Shown one piece after another: positions 19,820 through 37,800 of a DNA stretch of 64,000 bases. A model generated the notes under the pieces. It had not been told where the DNA came from. It was given only the letters and a program-made list of their open reading frames with translations, and ran no database searches. The DNA is from the human T2T-CHM13v2.0 reference genome, Homo sapiens, in NCBI GenBank assembly GCA_009914755.4, contig CP086569.2, positions 6,784,001 through 6,848,000 of the forward strand. Reading direction: 5' to 3'. Every line of letters begins with the position of its first letter. The first letter of the stretch is position 1. Position numbers and translations under genes: made by a program.

Positions 19820-20330
19820 GGCTGCCGTAATACAGTATCACAATCTGAGCAGCTTAAAACAAGAGGAATTTATCATTTCCCAGTCCCAGAGGCCAGGAGT
19901 CTGAAATCAAGGAATGTTGGGGCTGTGCTCCCTCTGGAGGTTCTAGGGGAGGCTCCTTCCTCCCTCTCTCAGCTCCTGGGGGCTCCAGGCATCCTCAGGC
20001 TTGTGGCCGCATGCCTCCAGTCTCTGCCTCCATCTCCAAGTGGCCTTCTTCTCTGTGTCTGTGTCTCCTCTTTTGTCTCTTAGAAGGATACCTGACATTG
20101 GATGCAGGACCCTCTCTAACCCAGGATGAGCTCATTTTGGAATCCTTCTCATCCTCTGAACACAGTAAAAACATATCCTCTCTGTTGTACAGCACCTTTT
20201 ATAATCCATTTCACATCAAAAAGTTTATCATCATTTCCCTGTTGCAGTTTCTACTTCTCAGGTACTTTTCACAGCCCATCTGTATCTTCTTTTCTTCTTT
20301 AAACTTCTTCTTCCTATCTAATCCTATGCT
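19820..20330 (-). mobile_element. MLT1-type ERVL-MaLR LTR (reverse orientation, truncated)
   Basis: ggctgccgtaatacagtatcacaatctgagcagcttaaaacaagaggaatttatc...ccagaggccaggagtctgaaatcaagg is the reverse complement of the MLT1 3' end (...aaatttctgttgtttaagccacccagtctgtggtattttgttatggcagcc). Confidence 0.55.
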
Positions 20331-20852
20331 TCACACAGAATTGGCACATGGGATCCAAATGGCACACTGCTATTTATTTAAATCTAAGATTGCAGATCTG
20401 GAAGAAATCATGAATAATCTAGTCCAGGTGTCCTGAGTCGTAGGTTAAAAAACATCTCAAGTGGAATCAACCCAAATGACCATCAGTGGATGAAGAAAAA
20501 CACAACATGGTCCATCCACACAAGGGAACATGATGCAACCCTAAGGAGGAATGGGGCTCAGACACAGGCTACAGTGTGGGTGCACCTGAATAACAGCACA
20601 CTCAGCAAAGCAAGTCAGACACAAAAGACTATGTGGTATATGATGCCATTTATATAAAGTGTCCCAAATAGTCAAATCCACAAAGACAGAAAATACATGG
20701 TCATTAGGGGCCGGGGAGGTGGAATGGGAAGTGACTGCTACTGGGTACAGGGTCCCGTTTTGGAAATATGAAAATGCTCTGGAACTAGATAGAGATGTGA
20801 TTACGAAAATACTAAATCTCACTGAGTTGTACACTTTAAAATGGTGAATTTC

Positions 20853-21165
20853 ACCAGGTGCAGCAGCTCTTGCCTGTAATCCCAACACTTTGGCAGTCCA
20901 AGGTGGTGGATCACCTGAGGTCAGGAGTTCGAGACCAGCCTGACCAACGTGGTGAAACCCCGTCTCTACTGAAAATACAAAACTAGCTGGGCATGGTGGT
21001 GGGTGCCTGTAATTCCAGGTACTCAGGAGGCTGAGGCAGGAGAATTGCTTGAAACCAGGAGGCAGAGGTTGCAGTGAGCCAAGATTATACCACTGCACTA
21101 CAGCTTGGGCAACAGAGTGAGACTCTGTCTCAAAAATAAATAAATAAATAAATAATAAAAATAAC
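20853..21165 (+). mobile_element. Alu SINE
   Basis: caccaggtgcagcagctcttgcctgtaatcccaacactttgg ... gactctgtctcaaaaataaataaataaataaataataaaaataac. Confidence 0.9.
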
Positions 21166-21271
21166 AAAATGGTGAGTTTCATGTTCTATAAATTTCCTCT
21201 CCATAGAGAAAAAATTAGTCTTCTCCTAACTCTGAAAGCCTACGGTGGGCATCACCCCAAAAGTTAAGAGC

Positions 21272-21568
21272 CAGGGCCAGGCACAGTGGCTCACACATGT
21301 AATCTCAGCATTTTGGGAGGCCTAAGGAAAAGGATCACTAGAGCTCAGGAGCTCAAGACCAGCCAAGGCAACACAGCAAGACCCCATCCTTACAAAAAAT
21401 AAAATAAAAAACTAACTGGGCATGGTAGAGCACACCTGTAGTCTGAGGAACTCAGGAGGCTAAGCTGGGAGGATCACTTCAGCCCAGGAAGTCAAGGCTG
21501 CAGTGAACCATGATTGCACAACCACACTCCAGCCTGGGCAACAGAGCAAGACCTCATCTCCAAAAAAA
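21272..21568 (+). mobile_element. Alu SINE (more diverged, AluJ-like)
   Basis: gccagggccaggcacagtggctcacacatgtaatctcagcattttgggaggcc ... ctccagcctgggcaacagagcaagacctcatctccaaaaaaa. Confidence 0.85.
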
Positions 21569-21591
21569 GTTCAATTTAAAAAGAAAGTTAA

Positions 21592-22290
<699 letters not shown>

Positions 22291-22643
22291 TGCATGGCTT
22301 CATCTTAAAAGATTTATCTGTGCAACTCTTTGGGGAAATTTGCAAACAAATGTTTCTGTCCAGCCACTGGGAATTTGAAAGATGTTTTATTTTATTTTAT
22401 TTTTTTTATTATTACTATTATTATTATTATTATTTTTAATTATACTTTAAGTTTTAGGGTACATGTGCACATTGTGCAGGTTAGTTACATATGTATGCAT
22501 GTGCCATGCTGGTGCGCTGCACCCACTAACTCGTCATCTAGCATTAGGTATATCTCCCAATGCTATCCCTCCCCCCTCCCCCGTCCCCACCACAGTCCCC
22601 AGAGTGTGATATTCCCCTTCCTGTGTCCATGTGATCTCATTGT

Positions 22644-26470
<3,827 letters not shown>

Positions 26471-26533
26471 TATGATGTTAGCTGGTGATTTTGCTCGTTA
26501 GTTGATGCAGTTTCTTCCTAGTCTTGATGGTCT

Positions 26534-27550
26534 TTACATTTTGGCATGATTTTGCAGCGGCTGGTACCGGTTGTTCCTTTCCATGTTTAGCGCTTCCTTC
26601 AGGAGCTCTTTTAGGGCAGGCCTGGTGGTGACAAAATCTCTCAGCATTTGCTTGTCTGTAAAGTATTTTATTTCTCCTTCACTTATGAAGCTTAGTTTGG
26701 CTGGATATGAAATTCTGGGTTGAAAATTCTTTTCTTTAAGAATGTTGAATATTGGCCCCCACTCTCTTCTGGCTTGTAGGGTTTCTGCCGAGAGATCCGC
26801 TGTTAGTCTGATGGGCTTCCCTTTGAGGGTAACCCGACCTTTCTCTCTGGCTACCCTTAACATTTTTTCCTTCATTTCAACTTTGGTGAATCTGACAATT
26901 ATGTGTCTTGGAGTTGCTCTTCTCGAGGAGTATCTTTGTGGCGTTCTCTGTATTTCCTGAATCTGAACGTTGGCCTGCCTTGCTAGATTGGGGGAGTTCT
27001 CCTGGATAATATCCTGCAGAGTGTTTTCCAACTTGGTTCCATTCTCCCCATCACTTTCAGGTACACCAATCAGATGTAGATTTGGTCTTTTCACATAGTC
27101 CCATATTTCTTGGAGGCTTTGCTCATTTCTTTTTATTCTTTTTTCTCTAAACTTCCCTTTTTGCTTCATTTCATTCATTTCATCTTCCACTGCTGATACC
27201 CTTTCTTCCAGTTGATCGCATCGGCTCCTGAGGCTTCTGCATTCTTCATGTAGTTCTCGAGCCTTGGTTTTCAGCTCCATCAGCTCCTTTAAGCACTTCT
27301 CTGTATTGGTTATTCTAGTTATACATTCTTCTAAATTTTTTTCAAAGTTTTCAACTTCTTTGCCTTTGGTTTGAATGTCCTCCCGTAGCTCAGAGTAATT
27401 TGATCATCTGAAGCCTTCCTCTCTCAGCTCGTCAAAATCATTCTCCATCCAGCTTTGTTCCGTTGCTGGTGAGGAACTGCGTTCCTTTGGAGGAGGAGAG
27501 GCGCTCTGCGTTTTAGAGTTTCCAGTTTTTCTGTTCTGTTTTTTCCCCAT
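26534..27550 (-). pseudogene. L1 ORF1, a single premature stop
   Basis: 248-aa ORF from the internal Met (MELKTKARELHEECRSL...NHAKM). The upstream N-terminal coding sequence is present, but codon R (cga) has become tga in ...ggcttcagatgatcaaattac. Confidence 0.85.
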
Positions 27551-28458
27551 CTTTGTGGTTTTATCTACTTTTGGTCTTTGATGATGGTGATGTACAGATG
27601 GGTTTTTGGTGTGGATGTCCTTTCTGTTTGTTAGTTTTCCTTCTAACAGACAGGACCCTCAGCTGCAGGTCTGTTGGAATACCCTGCCGTGTGAGGTGTC
27701 AGTGTGCCCCTGCTGGGGGGTGCCTCCCAGTTAGGCTGCTCTGGGGTCAGGGGTCAGGGACCCACTTGAGGAGGCAGTCTGCCCGTTCTCAGATGTCCAG
27801 CTGCATGCTGGGAGAACCACTGCTCTCTTCAAAGGTGTCAGACAGGGACATTTAAGTCTGCAGAGGTTACTGCTCTCTTTTTGTTTGTCTGTGCCCTGCC
27901 CCCAGAGGTGGAGCCTACAGAGGCCTGCAGGCCTCCTTGAGCTGTGGTGGGCTCCACCCAGTTTGAACTTCCGGGCTGCTTTGTTTACCTAAGCAAGCCT
28001 GGGCAATGGCGGGCGCCCCTCCCCCAGCCTCGCTGCCGCCTTGCAGTTTGATCTCAGACTGCTGTGCTAGCAATCAGCGAGATTCCGTGGGCGTAGGACC
28101 CTCCGAGCCAGGTGTGGGATATAGTCTCGTGGTGCGCCGTTTTTTAAGCCGGTCTGAAAAGCGCAATATTCGGGTGGGAGTGACCCGATTTTCCAGGTGT
28201 GTCCGTCACCCCTTTCTTTGACTCGGAAAGGGAACTCCCTGACCCCTTGCGCTTCCCAGGTGCGGCAATGCCTCGCCCTGCTTCGGCTCGCACACGGTGT
28301 GCGCACCCACTGGCTTGCGCCCACTGTCTGGCACTCCCTAGTGAGATGAACCCGGTACCTCAGATGGAAATGCAGAAATCACCCGTCTTCTGCATCGCTC
28401 ACGCTGGGAGCTGTAGACTGGAGCTGTTCCTATTCAGCCATCTTGGCTCCTCCCCCTC
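27551..28458 (-). promoter_or_regulatory. L1 5'UTR with CpG-rich internal promoter and YY1-box terminus
   Basis: Collinear with the L1PA 5'UTR. The terminus is agccaagatggctgaatagg (reverse complement). Confidence 0.65.
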
Positions 28459-28879
28459 AAGATGTTTAAATCCTATTGATTTTACAACCTTTCACAGGTT
28501 TCCTAGAAGACAACAACACAGAAACCTGATGGACCTGTAGAAGGGAGGGGTAATATAGAATTAGCAGAATGTTTATAAATTAAGATCCATATTTATTTAT
28601 AATATAATAACATTGGCCTCATCATGAAAAAAGTGCAGGTAAGTGGCACACCAATTATATCCTAGTTAGAAGTAACAAACAATCAGTGGTGTGAAAAGAT
28701 AATTCTACTTATCATGTGGTTAGAAACATCTGAAAGTACCTCAAGCATATAGAGCTTCCAGTGCTGGCTGACCTGGGGAGAAAACTATGAGTTTTCAATT
28801 CTGTCCCAGCATGTCCCTGAAGTTTTCACTTACTTTTCTGGTGTGGGTGGGGGGGAGGGAGGTGGCGGGGGGATTGGAG

Positions 28880-29160
28880 GGCAGGGGCTCCATCTGTTGC
28901 CCAGGCTGGAGTGCAGTGACATGATCATAACTCACTACATTCTCAAACACCCAGTCTCAAGTAATCCTCCCACCTTCCAGCCTCCCAAGTAGCTGGGACC
29001 ACAGACATGCACCACTGTACCTGGCTAATTTCAAATTTTTGGTAAAGACAAGGTCTTATTATGTTGTCCAAACTGGTTTCAAATTCCTGGGCTCAAGGAA
29101 TCCTCTGCCCTTGCCTTCCAGAGAGCTAAGGTTATGGGCATGAGCCACTGTGCCCCGACT
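28880..29160 (-). mobile_element. Alu SINE (diverged, AluJ-like)
   Basis: ...gggctccatctgttgcccaggctggagtgcagtgacatgatcataactcactacattctcaaacacccagtctcaagtaatcctcc ... ggttatgggcatgagccactgtgccccgac. Confidence 0.8.
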
Positions 29161-29302
29161 TTCACTTACATATTTTGGAAATAAGTTGCATCCCACTAGA
29201 GAAGTCCCAGCATCTGCAGGTGCTGTATAGGATGATGATTAAGTTCTTCCTACTCCATCAAGACCACCAGACAAAGGAAAGAGAGCACACTGCTACAGGC
29301 TG

Positions 29303-29958
29303 TAGCAGGTGTTATGGACTGAACCATGTCTCTTCAAAATTCATATTTGGAAACCCTAACCCTAATGTGGCTGTATTTGGAGATAGAGTCTATCAGCAGA
29401 TAATAAAGACTCAATGAGCTCATAGGTGTGGGGCCCTCATCCTATAGGACTGGTGTCCTCATAAGAAGATGAAGAGAGATTCTCTCTCTCTCTTTCTCTT
29501 TTATTGTAATAAGAACCCTTAATATGAGATTTACCCTCTTAAATACTTAAGTACACAATACTGTATTGTTAACTATAGGCATGATTCTGTACAGTAGATC
29601 AGAGCTTGTATGTCTTGCATAACTGAAACTCTGTACCCACTAAACAATTCCCCATTCCTTCTTCTGCCAACCCTGGACAACCACAATTCCTTCATTATCT
29701 CTCTCTCTCTCTCCCTTTCTCTCTCTCTCCCCCTTTCCCTCTCTCTCTCTTTCTCTCTCTCTCTCTTTTTCCACCAATGCTTTTCTGCTTTAGGACAAAG
29801 GAAAGGCCATGTGAGGATACAGTGAGAAGGTGGCCATCTGCCAGCCAGGAAAAGAGTCCTCACCAGACCCCAATCTTAACAGCATCCTGTTCTTGGACTT
29901 CCAGCCTGCAGAACTGTGAGAAAATAAATTTCTGAGGACTGTGGGACCTAGCAGACTA
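29303..29958 (+). mobile_element. MLT1-type ERVL-MaLR LTR containing an internal (CT)n expansion
   Basis: tgtagcaggtgttatggactgaaccatgtctcttcaaaattcatatttggaaaccctaaccctaatgtggctgtatttggagatagagtc... then ...ggccatgtgaggatacagtgagaaggtggccatctgccagccagg...ccagcctgcagaactgtgagaaaataaatttctg. Confidence 0.55.
29690..29775. repeat. (CT)n/(CTCTCTCC)n simple repeat inside the MLT1 copy
   Basis: ctctctctctctccctttctctctctctccccctttccctctctctctctttctctctctctctc. Confidence 0.8.
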
Positions 29959-30036
29959 ATATGGTGAAGGTTTGTCCCCAGACAGGAATGCCTGAAGTTG
30001 GGACTCTCAGACTCAATAGAGCTGCATGTGTTCATT

Positions 30037-30408
30037 TTCACACTGCTATAAAGACATATCTGAGATGGAATAATTTATGGAGAAAAGAAGTTTAGCTTAC
30101 ATTTCCACAGGCTGTACAGGAGGCCTGGGTAGGGAGGCCTCAGAAAACATATAATCATGGTGGAAGTGAATGGGAAGCAGGCACAATCTCTACATGCCCA
30201 GCAGGAGAGAGAGAGAGAGAGAGAAGGGGGAAGTGTCACATACTTTTAAACAACTAGATCTTGTGAGAACTCAGTCACTACCACAAGAACATTAAGGAAG
30301 AAATCTGCCTCCATGATCCAATCATCTCCCACCAGATCCCTCCTCTAACACTGGGAATTACAATTCAGCATGAGATTTGGGTGGTGACACAAATCCAAAC
30401 CATATCAA
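30037..30408 (-). mobile_element. THE1/MST-type ERVL-MaLR LTR (solo, reverse orientation)
   Basis: Ends in ...ggaattacaattcagcatgagatttgggtggtgacacaaatccaaaccatatca, the reverse complement of the MaLR start tgatatggtttgg...cccaaatctcatcttgaattgtag. The other end is ttcacactgctataaagacatatctgagatgg, the reverse complement of the MaLR LTR 3' end. Confidence 0.75.
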
Positions 30409-30811
30409 GAGCTAGGTCAGGATCAAGTCTCTGTCTCCTCATTTTATAAGGATAGCAAAAGCGTTAGCTGCAAGTTACTGAATTCACATGGTTTAACTGT
30501 AGAGACTCACCCAAACGTTATTTCAGAGACAACACAGGTAAGCTTTTTGAGACCAAGTTGTTTCCACAGGTAAGGAAAGATTAAACTATACACTGTTTGC
30601 AAAGCAGCTAACTTATGTATGATACACTATGCACAACTACCAGAAAAGAACACACAGGAAGATGCTGGAAATTAACTCAGTGGCTCCTCCTCTCTTCCAG
30701 ATGTGGTTTTAAAAAATGCCCATTTCCTGTTCCTCAAAAAATTAAAAATAAATCTGCCATGTGGCTGAGCAACCCTACTCATATTTTTCCAAATGAAATA
30801 AAATCAAGATC

Positions 30812-31235
30812 TTAAACAGACATCTGCACCCCCATGTTCACTGCAGCATCATTCACTATAGAAAACATCTAAGTGTCCATGGATGGATGAATCGGTAAAG
30901 AAAATGTCATGCATATATACAGTGGAATCCTATTCAGCTTTAAGAAAGAAAGGCAACCAATCATTGGCAACAACACAGATAAACCTGGAGGACATTATGC
31001 TAAGCAGAATCAGCCAGGCACAGAAAGACAAATACTGCCATGTCTCACTTATATGCAGAGTATAAACTCATGAAACTCATAGAAGCAGAGGATGAATGGT
31101 GGTTGCCAGGTGCTCTGAGGAGTGGTAGTAGGAAGTTGTTCTGTGGGTATAAAGTTTCAGTTACACAAGACAAATAAGCTCTGATCTGCTGTCTACAACA
31201 CTGCACCTGTAGTTAATAATACCATATTCTGTACC
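30812..31235 (+). mobile_element. L1M-type 3'-end fragment (ORF2 C-terminus plus 3'UTR)
   Basis: ORF2 C-terminal homology (VKKMSCIYTVESYSALRKKGNQSLATTQINLEDIMLSRISQAQKDKYC) then ...actcatagaagcagaggatgaatggtggttgccaggtgctctgaggag. Confidence 0.5.
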
Positions 31236-31585
31236 ACTCAGCCATAAAAAGGAATGAAATAATGGCAATAGCAGCAACCTGGAAGGAATTGGAGACCATT
31301 ATTCTAAGTTATGGAAAACCAAACATTGTATGCTTTTACTTATAAGCAGAAGCTAAGCTATGAGGATGCAAACGCGTAAGAATGGCATAATGGACTCTGG
31401 AGACTCAGGGGGAAGGGTGGGAGGGGTGAGGGATCAAAGAGGACACATTGGGTACAGTGCACACTGCTCAGGTGACAGGCGCACCAAAATCTCAGAAATC
31501 ACCGCTAAAGAACTTATCCATGTAACCAAACACTACATGTTTCCCAAAAACTATTCAAATAATTTTTAAAGAGTTAATTAAAAAG
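31236..31585 (+). mobile_element. Second L1 (L1PB-like) 3'-end fragment
   Basis: cactcagccataaaaaggaatgaaataatggcaatagcagcaacctggaaggaattggagaccattattctaag ... tccatgtaaccaaacactacatgtttcccaaaaactattcaaataa. Confidence 0.5.
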
Positions 31586-32734
31586 TAGTAATAATTCTGT
31601 ATTTGGTACTTAAAAATTGAGAAGATAAATTTCATGTTAGGAATTCTTACTGCAATTTTTTTTAATGTCTGTTTCCTAGTTCCATCCAAATCTTCTGATC
31701 TGCCAGTATCTGACTCTCTATCACCTAAGAATTTCCTCCAATGGCCCCCACTAAGAAGTCACACGTCCTGCTTAGCATGGGATACCTGCAGCTTTATTTC
31801 AGGTCACACAGGCTAATGTCAGGGAATCCACTACTCTCTGTGGAACCATAGGTACACAGCATTTCTTAAGTTCAAGATGTCTCTATAATTCCACTGGCTT
31901 CTCTTGTCATCGTCCAATTCCATGCCATACTGAAGTTTGAGGAGCTTCATTCTTTTGTTTTCCAATTCACTTTAGAAAAAAAATTAAATAAATAAAACGC
32001 ACACCCTAGAATCTCATCCTTTCTCTCCCCAGGAGGTAAAATCTCCGAGCAGGTGCCCTGTGAACATGCTGGGAAGGTTCTAGTCTTGGATGATGGTTGA
32101 AGCATGTGTTCCTAATGAAAACTTTTAGAATAAAATTGGACCACAGCCACTGAGTATGGGTATAGGAATGCATCCAGGTGAGGGGGCTAGACAGAGCAGA
32201 CCAAGATGGGAAGCAGAATTTGTAAATTCCCTCAGCTGTAGGAGTCCTGAGACAGACCCTTTGTATGGGGTGAAGCTGGAAACATTCAAGACTTGGTCCA
32301 GAGTCCTCCTGACCTGACAGCCGGGTCCCCCTGCCAGAACTTGGGGACACCTCCATAGACAACCATCAAAGACTAAACAATGGGTAAACAATGACCCAGA
32401 ACAGTCTCCCCATGGTGCAGGTGCAGCAGTAACTTTGAGGTCATGTCAGACATCTCTCAGGCTGCAAGACCTCCCCACTCTCCTCTCCACTCTGTTCCTC
32501 CTCTTCCTCCTTTTTAAAAAACCATCTAGTACTTTCATGTGCTTCTCAGAAGACACAAACTGACACCAACCTGTGAAACTTAGATATGTCCAGGAGTACC
32601 CTCTATTTTGTTGAATTTTTTTTTTTTTTTTTTTTTTGCTACATTATGTTACAGCCTTGAGTTAGTCATATAACTGCACAAAAATCTGTGTGGACAATGT
32701 AAAAGAATTTTCAGGGTGTGAATACCCTTCTTTC

Positions 32735-33135
32735 TTCCTCCTCTCCTCCTCCTCCAGCTCCTCCTTCCTCCCTCTGCTTTCTTCTGCTTCCTCTAAGTTT
32801 TCTTTCTTTTTCTCCTCCTCTTCCTATCATCCTCCTCCTTCTCCTCCTATTTTTCCTTCTCTTTCTCCTCCTTCTCCTTCTCCCTCCAAATTTTTCTTTT
32901 TTTCTCCTCCTGCTCCTCCTCCTCCTCCTATTTTTCCTCCTCCCTCTCCTAGTTTTCCTTCTCTTTCTCCTCCTCCTCTTCCTTTTCCTCCTCCTTCTTA
33001 TCTTCCTTCATCTCCTTCTCCTTTCTCATCTTCCTCTTCCTCTTCCCCTTTCCATCTTCCTTTCTCTTGCTTCCTTTTTTCTTCCCTTCCTCTCATCATC
33101 CATTCCTTCCTTCCTTCTTTCTTTCTTCTCACTTT
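32735..33135. repeat. About 400-bp polypyrimidine (CT-rich; CCT/CTT/TTCC motifs) low-complexity tract
   Basis: The + strand is made almost only of C and T across the interval. The 169-aa S/P/L-rich ORF here is spurious. Confidence 0.85.
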
Positions 33136-33393
33136 GAGCACTCCACACAACCAATGCCACACAGTCAAGCATTCCCAGATACTTGTCAAGGGAATGTGAT
33201 GAAAGACATAAAAAAGAGTACCAATCAGCCAAACAAAAGTGGGTCTGATACTAGTCAGATATAATTATGAAACCACCAGTACCTCTTTCCAGGATGGGAT
33301 GGAGGTTGAAGGCTGATGCATAGCCAACATGAAACACAGTCTCAACTGCATAACCAGTAATTCCACTCCTGAGTTGATACAGAAAAGAATTGG

Positions 33394-33720
<327 letters not shown>

Positions 33721-33870
33721 TGGGGGCTTGACATAGTGCCCCATGCCTGTAATGCTAGCACTTTGGGAAGCCAAGATGAGAAGGTCACTTGGGACCAGGA
33801 GTTTGAGACCAGCCTGCCTGATCAATACAGCAAGAGCCTCATCACTAAAAATAAAAATAATTTTAAAAAG
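33721..33870 (+). mobile_element. Free Alu monomer (FLAM/FRAM-like)
   Basis: gggggcttgacatagtgccccatgcctgtaatgctagcactttgggaagccaagatgagaaggtcacttgggaccaggagtttgagaccagcctg... Confidence 0.6.
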
Positions 33871-34470
<600 letters not shown>

Positions 34471-34589
34471 AAGACCCAGAATAGGCAGAGAGACAGATAG
34501 CAGAGTGGTATCTGCTGGAAGCTTCCTGGGGAGAGGATTTCAGAGTGAGGGGCCGATAACTATTGGGTGTAATTTCTTTGAGGGTAACT

Positions 34590-34800
<211 letters not shown>

Positions 34801-35799
34801 TCAGCACTGCTGTGTGCTAAACATTAATTCACTGTTGTGAATGCACTTAATGCCATCAAATTGCAAAAGTGACTAAAAATTGTAAATTATAGGTTATGTG
34901 CATCTTGCAACAATTAAAACATTAAACTAAAATGACCCAGTCTCAGAGATAGCACAACCAAACCTCCATGGCTGATGTCCTGCTGGGACTTGGAGCTAGG
35001 AAGAAGGCCCAGGATGGGCACTGGTTTTCATCCCGTTTCATGGGCAGTTTCCTACGGACAACCTTTTTTTCACCATGCCATTTTTTGGAGTGCTTTGTGG
35101 TATCCAGGTCCAACCCTGAAGGAAATGACATCTAGTCTCCTGCTCCTGTCTTTGGGATAACGTTTTTCCCAGTTTCCAGCTGTGGTTGCATCTCATCTAT
35201 CCTCTGAGGCTGAGATTATGGGGAGCTGTCACAGGTATCCTCATCTTATTCCAGGCAGCAGCTGGGTGCCAGGAGCCCACTTATGCACACTCACTGAGCA
35301 GGGACCCTTCCTCCTCTGAGAGAGCTTGCCTTCCTGGGTGCCCCATTCCCCAGCCATCCAGAGAGTTGTGGAGAAGGGACACCTGGGAAGCATTGGAGTA
35401 GTGGCATTACTGGTGGTGAAGCCATATGGGTCTACAGCACAGGGTCTTGCATCTCTTCGCCCCTGAGTCTTCCCTTGGGGTGGGCTGCCCGCATGCACAG
35501 CAGCCTGCCAGCACTTGGGAGGGGAGCATGCACTGTGTGTTTACTGGAGTTGGACGCATGCTCACTTTAGGCATTCTTCCCTTACCAGTCGAGTGTTCCT
35601 AGAAGTTTGTAGACCAGTTAAACTCCACCATTTTGCCTCTCAGTGTGCATGTTTGAGCCCACTCACTCACCCCCTGAGATCATATTGGGAAGCTGCTGAC
35701 CACCAGTTTCAGGTGTTTTGTATGTACTGGTGCTGGCTGTGACCAATTGTTATTTTAAAGAGACAGTTTATTAACCTCTTGACCATCACCTTCTGACAT

Positions 35800-36215
35800 T
35801 TCTTATGTGTGTGGCGAGGGGAGCAGGGGGAGCCCATCTTATGCCCTGTTCATGCCTGGCATGCTACCTACCCTAACAGTAGTATCAGGGGCATGTGAAC
35901 CAGAACAACTCCATCTTAACTAGGAGCTGGGTAAAATGAGGCTAAAACCTACTGGACATCATTTCCAGATGACTGAAGGATTCTAAGTCACAGGATAAGG
36001 GAGGAGGTCAGCAAAAAATACAGGTCATAAAGACCTTGCTAATAAAACAGGTTGCAGTAAAGGAGTCTGCCAAAACCTCCAAAATCAAAATGGCAACAAG
36101 AGTGACCTCTGGTTGTCCCCACTGCTACACTCCCACCAGCACCGTGACAGTTTACAAATGCCGTGGCAACATCAGGAAGTTACCCTATATGGTCTCAGGA
36201 CCGTGTTCTGTAACA
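35800..36215 (+). mobile_element. Interspersed-repeat fragment, probably ERVL-MaLR internal-type. A second copy lies at 54230-55250
   Basis: ...ccatcttaactaggagctgggtaaaatgaggct...caaaatggcaacaagagtgacctctggttgtccccactgctacactcccaccagcaccgtgacagtttacaaatgccgtggcaacatcaggaagttaccctatatggtc recurs at 54260-54590 in the same order. Family assignment is uncertain. Confidence 0.4.
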
Positions 36216-37800
36216 GTAGGAGGCACAAGACCCCAAGTTCATCTTTAAATCCTCTTAGGCATCTCCTAGGACCACTTTCCCTCCATTGAATTGCAGCTGA
36301 TCTCTGCTACTGCCTTGTAAAAAAAAACAAAAAAACAAAAAATGTGCTTCCCTTGCAGTTCCCCAAAACTCACTGCCCCAAACTCTTCTTTTTCTCATTC
36401 ACAAAAAATCTACCTGAAAAGAAGCCCTGGTAACCACAGATGGGTATCACATAAACCCATTCCCAAGCCCTGCAGTGACCTGCTTTGCTGAGGCTGCGAG
36501 ACCTGTCCTGATCCCTTATCACCTTAAGGATCTCATTGTTGGTAGCCTCGGGTAGGACCCACCTGTCTGCAAAAATCAAAGCAAAACAAAACAAAAATTA
36601 TTTTTACAAAGGCTCTTCCTCCACTTGGGGTGAGGCTTCTGCAGACAGATCTAGGGCAGGTCTTCGAAGGGACAGTTTGAAAGAGGAATTGTGAAGTCTG
36701 CCTTTTCCTAAAGCCTCCTCTCCCTGGGGATCTGCAAGGGAAAGGTTGGGGAGATTGCATTCTATTTACATTGCATCTGCTTTCTTCTGAAAACTCCCTA
36801 GGGATATCTGTGGAGCCGGTTGCCTCCCTAAGCCCCAAGCCCAATCTTTTCTCTTCTCTTCTTTTTTTTTTTCTTTGGAGAAGTCTCCAAGCTGGACAAA
36901 TTCAATTCTTTCTGTATTCAACAAGATAACCTCTAAAAAACCTGCCTACCGGGTCTTAAGTATTCAGTAGAGAGGTGTGTAGAGAAAAACATTTAAGGTG
37001 AAATGAGAGCTCTGACTGACATTTCTGTTCCTTAGATCCCAAGGCAACAGGCAGAAACTCCAAGGAAACATCAGAAACCCAGGAGGCAGACAGAAGAGGA
37101 CCTGGGTTTCTCCAAAAGCCAAACTGTAGCACTTGCTGCTCTAAACTGCCTTTCTGAGAGCTGTTAATTTTCCACATTGGAAAAGTGGCCAAGCTGAGTC
37201 AACAGGTTTTCCCGTGGAAGAGCTAGCTCACCCAGAAGCAATTCTAAGTGCTGTAGATTCCTGCAAACACCTGTCTTTGCAAACCAAGCAGCTTTTCCAG
37301 TGTACAATAAGACAATTAAGAGGAACCCAGCCATTCTGGCAGTCTCTTTACTCATCTTTTCTTTGCCAATGTGACTTCAGCATCAAGTTAATTGGCAATT
37401 GCGGTTACCATAAAGTGTTTCCTTGCCAGTTTTAAAGTATCTTTCAAATTGCCCAAGTATTTAAAATTATCTTCTTCTTGGAAGATTAAGCCCTGCCTGA
37501 AAGTTTTTGTTTCAAATTGCTATTGATTGAAACATTCAGCCTTCAATGGGAAGGAAATTCTAACACAGTCTACAATGTGGATGAACCTTGAGAGCATTAC
37601 ACTAAGTGAAATAAGTCAGGTGCAAAAGGACGACTAGAGTGTGGTTCTGCTTGTTTGGGACAGTCAACCTAAAAAGAAGCAACTCAGGTAAAATTACTAT
37701 AAATAGAGTTTATTTTGGCCAAACTTGATGCTTGCAAACTGAAAGAGTAGATTCAAGTTGCCCTGTATATACACTTAGATGCTTGGATTAGCAGCAGTTA

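Noticed and set aside
20011-20436. 141-aa plus-strand ORF
   Set aside because: It falls within the reverse-oriented MLT1 LTR, has no homology and no splice or start context. I treat it as chance.
20541-21182. 213-aa minus-strand ORF
   Set aside because: It overlaps an Alu (20853-21165) and its A-rich tail. It translates Alu antisense sequence ([15 protein letters not shown]) and is spurious.
27551-28458. CpG-rich stretch as a host-gene CpG-island promoter
   Set aside because: It is the L1 5'UTR, collinear with the consensus. No flanking exon-like sequence is present.
32690-33199. 169-aa and 139-aa plus-strand ORFs rich in S, P and L
   Set aside because: They lie entirely in the polypyrimidine low-complexity tract. 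They have no start context and the composition is repeat-driven.
35800-36215. LTR12 (ERV9 LTR) identity for this block and for 54230-55250
   Set aside because: The CCAAT-repeat LTRs of the provirus at 38091 and 45589 fit LTR12 much better, with their U5 cactcaccgcgaaggtcc motif and ggacaca end. The 54230 copy lies exactly between two same-orientation MaLR LTRs with the right spacing for MaLR internal sequence. I therefore favour MaLR-internal, with low confidence.
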